DNA of 64,000 bases from Pocillopora damicornis (taxonomy: Eukaryota). Both the position numbers and the translations under genes were made by a program. The first letter of the stretch is position 1, and every line of letters starts with the position of its first letter. The DNA lies in the NCBI RefSeq assembly GCF_003704095.1, contig NW_020844150.1, forward strand, positions 1-64,000. Reading direction: 5' to 3'. This document shows positions 63,401 to 64,000 of this stretch, one piece after another. The notes under the pieces were generated by a model, which saw only the letters and a list, made by a program, of their open reading frames with translations, had not been told where the DNA came from and did not search any database.

Positions 63401-63879
63401 AAGGAGGTCATGGCCCCTCCTGTGAAATTTTGAAGGTGTTGACTCAGCAAGACTTTAATAGAAGTATATACATATGTATGTTAGGGGTTAAAAGACATTA
63501 ATGTAAAGGCTACAAGCAGGTTTCATGCACATTACAAGCAGGTAGATTGATCTACTTGCTTGCTACAGTGAAGCTGCTATTGACATCCCAGTTGCTTGTT
63601 GCTCGCTAAACAGCCAATGTGCATGTAAATGTACTGCTGTACTACTGATTTTGTATCTCCACAGTGTGATCTGATTTATCCTTTTGTATTCAATGTTTTA
63701 GTTTCTGTGTGAATTGTGGGTTCTAAGAGTTGGCTGGCTGGTCTTGACTTTAATTTATCATAGAAGAGTCTGCAGTTATATATTATTTATTATTATTTTT
63801 TAATCCTTTTCAGGATCGGTTTCTACCAATTGCAAATGTGGCCAGAATAATGAAGAAGTCCATTCCAAAGACAGGAAAG
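57456..63879 (+). CDS. NFYB: Nuclear transcription factor Y subunit beta, 5' partial (continues beyond the window)
   Basis: Exons 57456-57879, 62112-62182, 63814-63879 splice in phase to ...LREQ|DRFLPIANVARIMKKSIPKTGK, the start of the NF-YB histone fold. Confidence 0.9.
61282..61650 (-). mobile_element. tRNA-derived SINE-like repeat in an NF-YB intron
   Basis: Minus strand gcggctcagtggcagagcatcagagcgtggaat..ggtctgaggttcctca; homologous to 55650-55972. Confidence 0.55.
62438..62649. mobile_element. piggyBac-like MITE
   Basis: TTAA-CCCTTTAACTC ... GAGTTAAAGGG-TTAA; inverted relative of 53794-53989. Confidence 0.85.
62700..63090 (-). mobile_element. 3' remnant of an L2/CR1-type LINE
   Basis: Minus-strand peptide VFTCLHSLAPAYLLNEF..HANNTRHRDL..LP..CYKGA*AWNTL, typical of the RT C-terminal tail. 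Confidence 0.7.
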
Positions 63880-64000
63880 GTATTAATATATATAATTAAA
63901 CTTTCAATGTGATAACGAACACAATTGGGCAGCCTTCAACCCATTACACCCTTACATCAATTTCCATATTCTCTTCACTTTGCTTGTTACATGGTTAATG

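Overview
AT-rich animal genomic DNA with two 100-N scaffold gaps (24189-24288, 28511-28610). The repeat families and receptor types suggest a stony coral, probably Pocillopora-like (inference). About 1-47.5 kb is a birth-and-death array of two intronless class A (rhodopsin-like) GPCR families. Family A (about 282-288 aa, starting METWFW, all + strand) has 3 intact genes and 4 pseudogenes or relics at 1-15.8 kb. Family B (about 370-390 aa) has 4 intact + strand genes, one damaged open-ORF copy and 6 pseudogenes at 15.8-47.4 kb, mostly in duplicated units of about 5.6 kb that pair a + gene with a tail-to-tail antisense pseudogene. Family B is structurally atypical: DRY is replaced by TQY, and a conserved Lys sits at 7.45 among the sodium-pocket positions D2.50/S3.39/D7.49. 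Both long inverted repeats centred on the gaps disappear if the 24289-28510 contig is flipped, so they may be assembly effects. From 49 kb there are two housekeeping genes: a 4-exon UBL4A and the 5' part of NF-YB. Mobile DNA includes TTAA MITEs, a solo LTR, Penelope and hammerhead remnants, SINEs and a LINE tail. All residue numbering (Ballesteros-Weinstein) was counted by hand from motif anchors.
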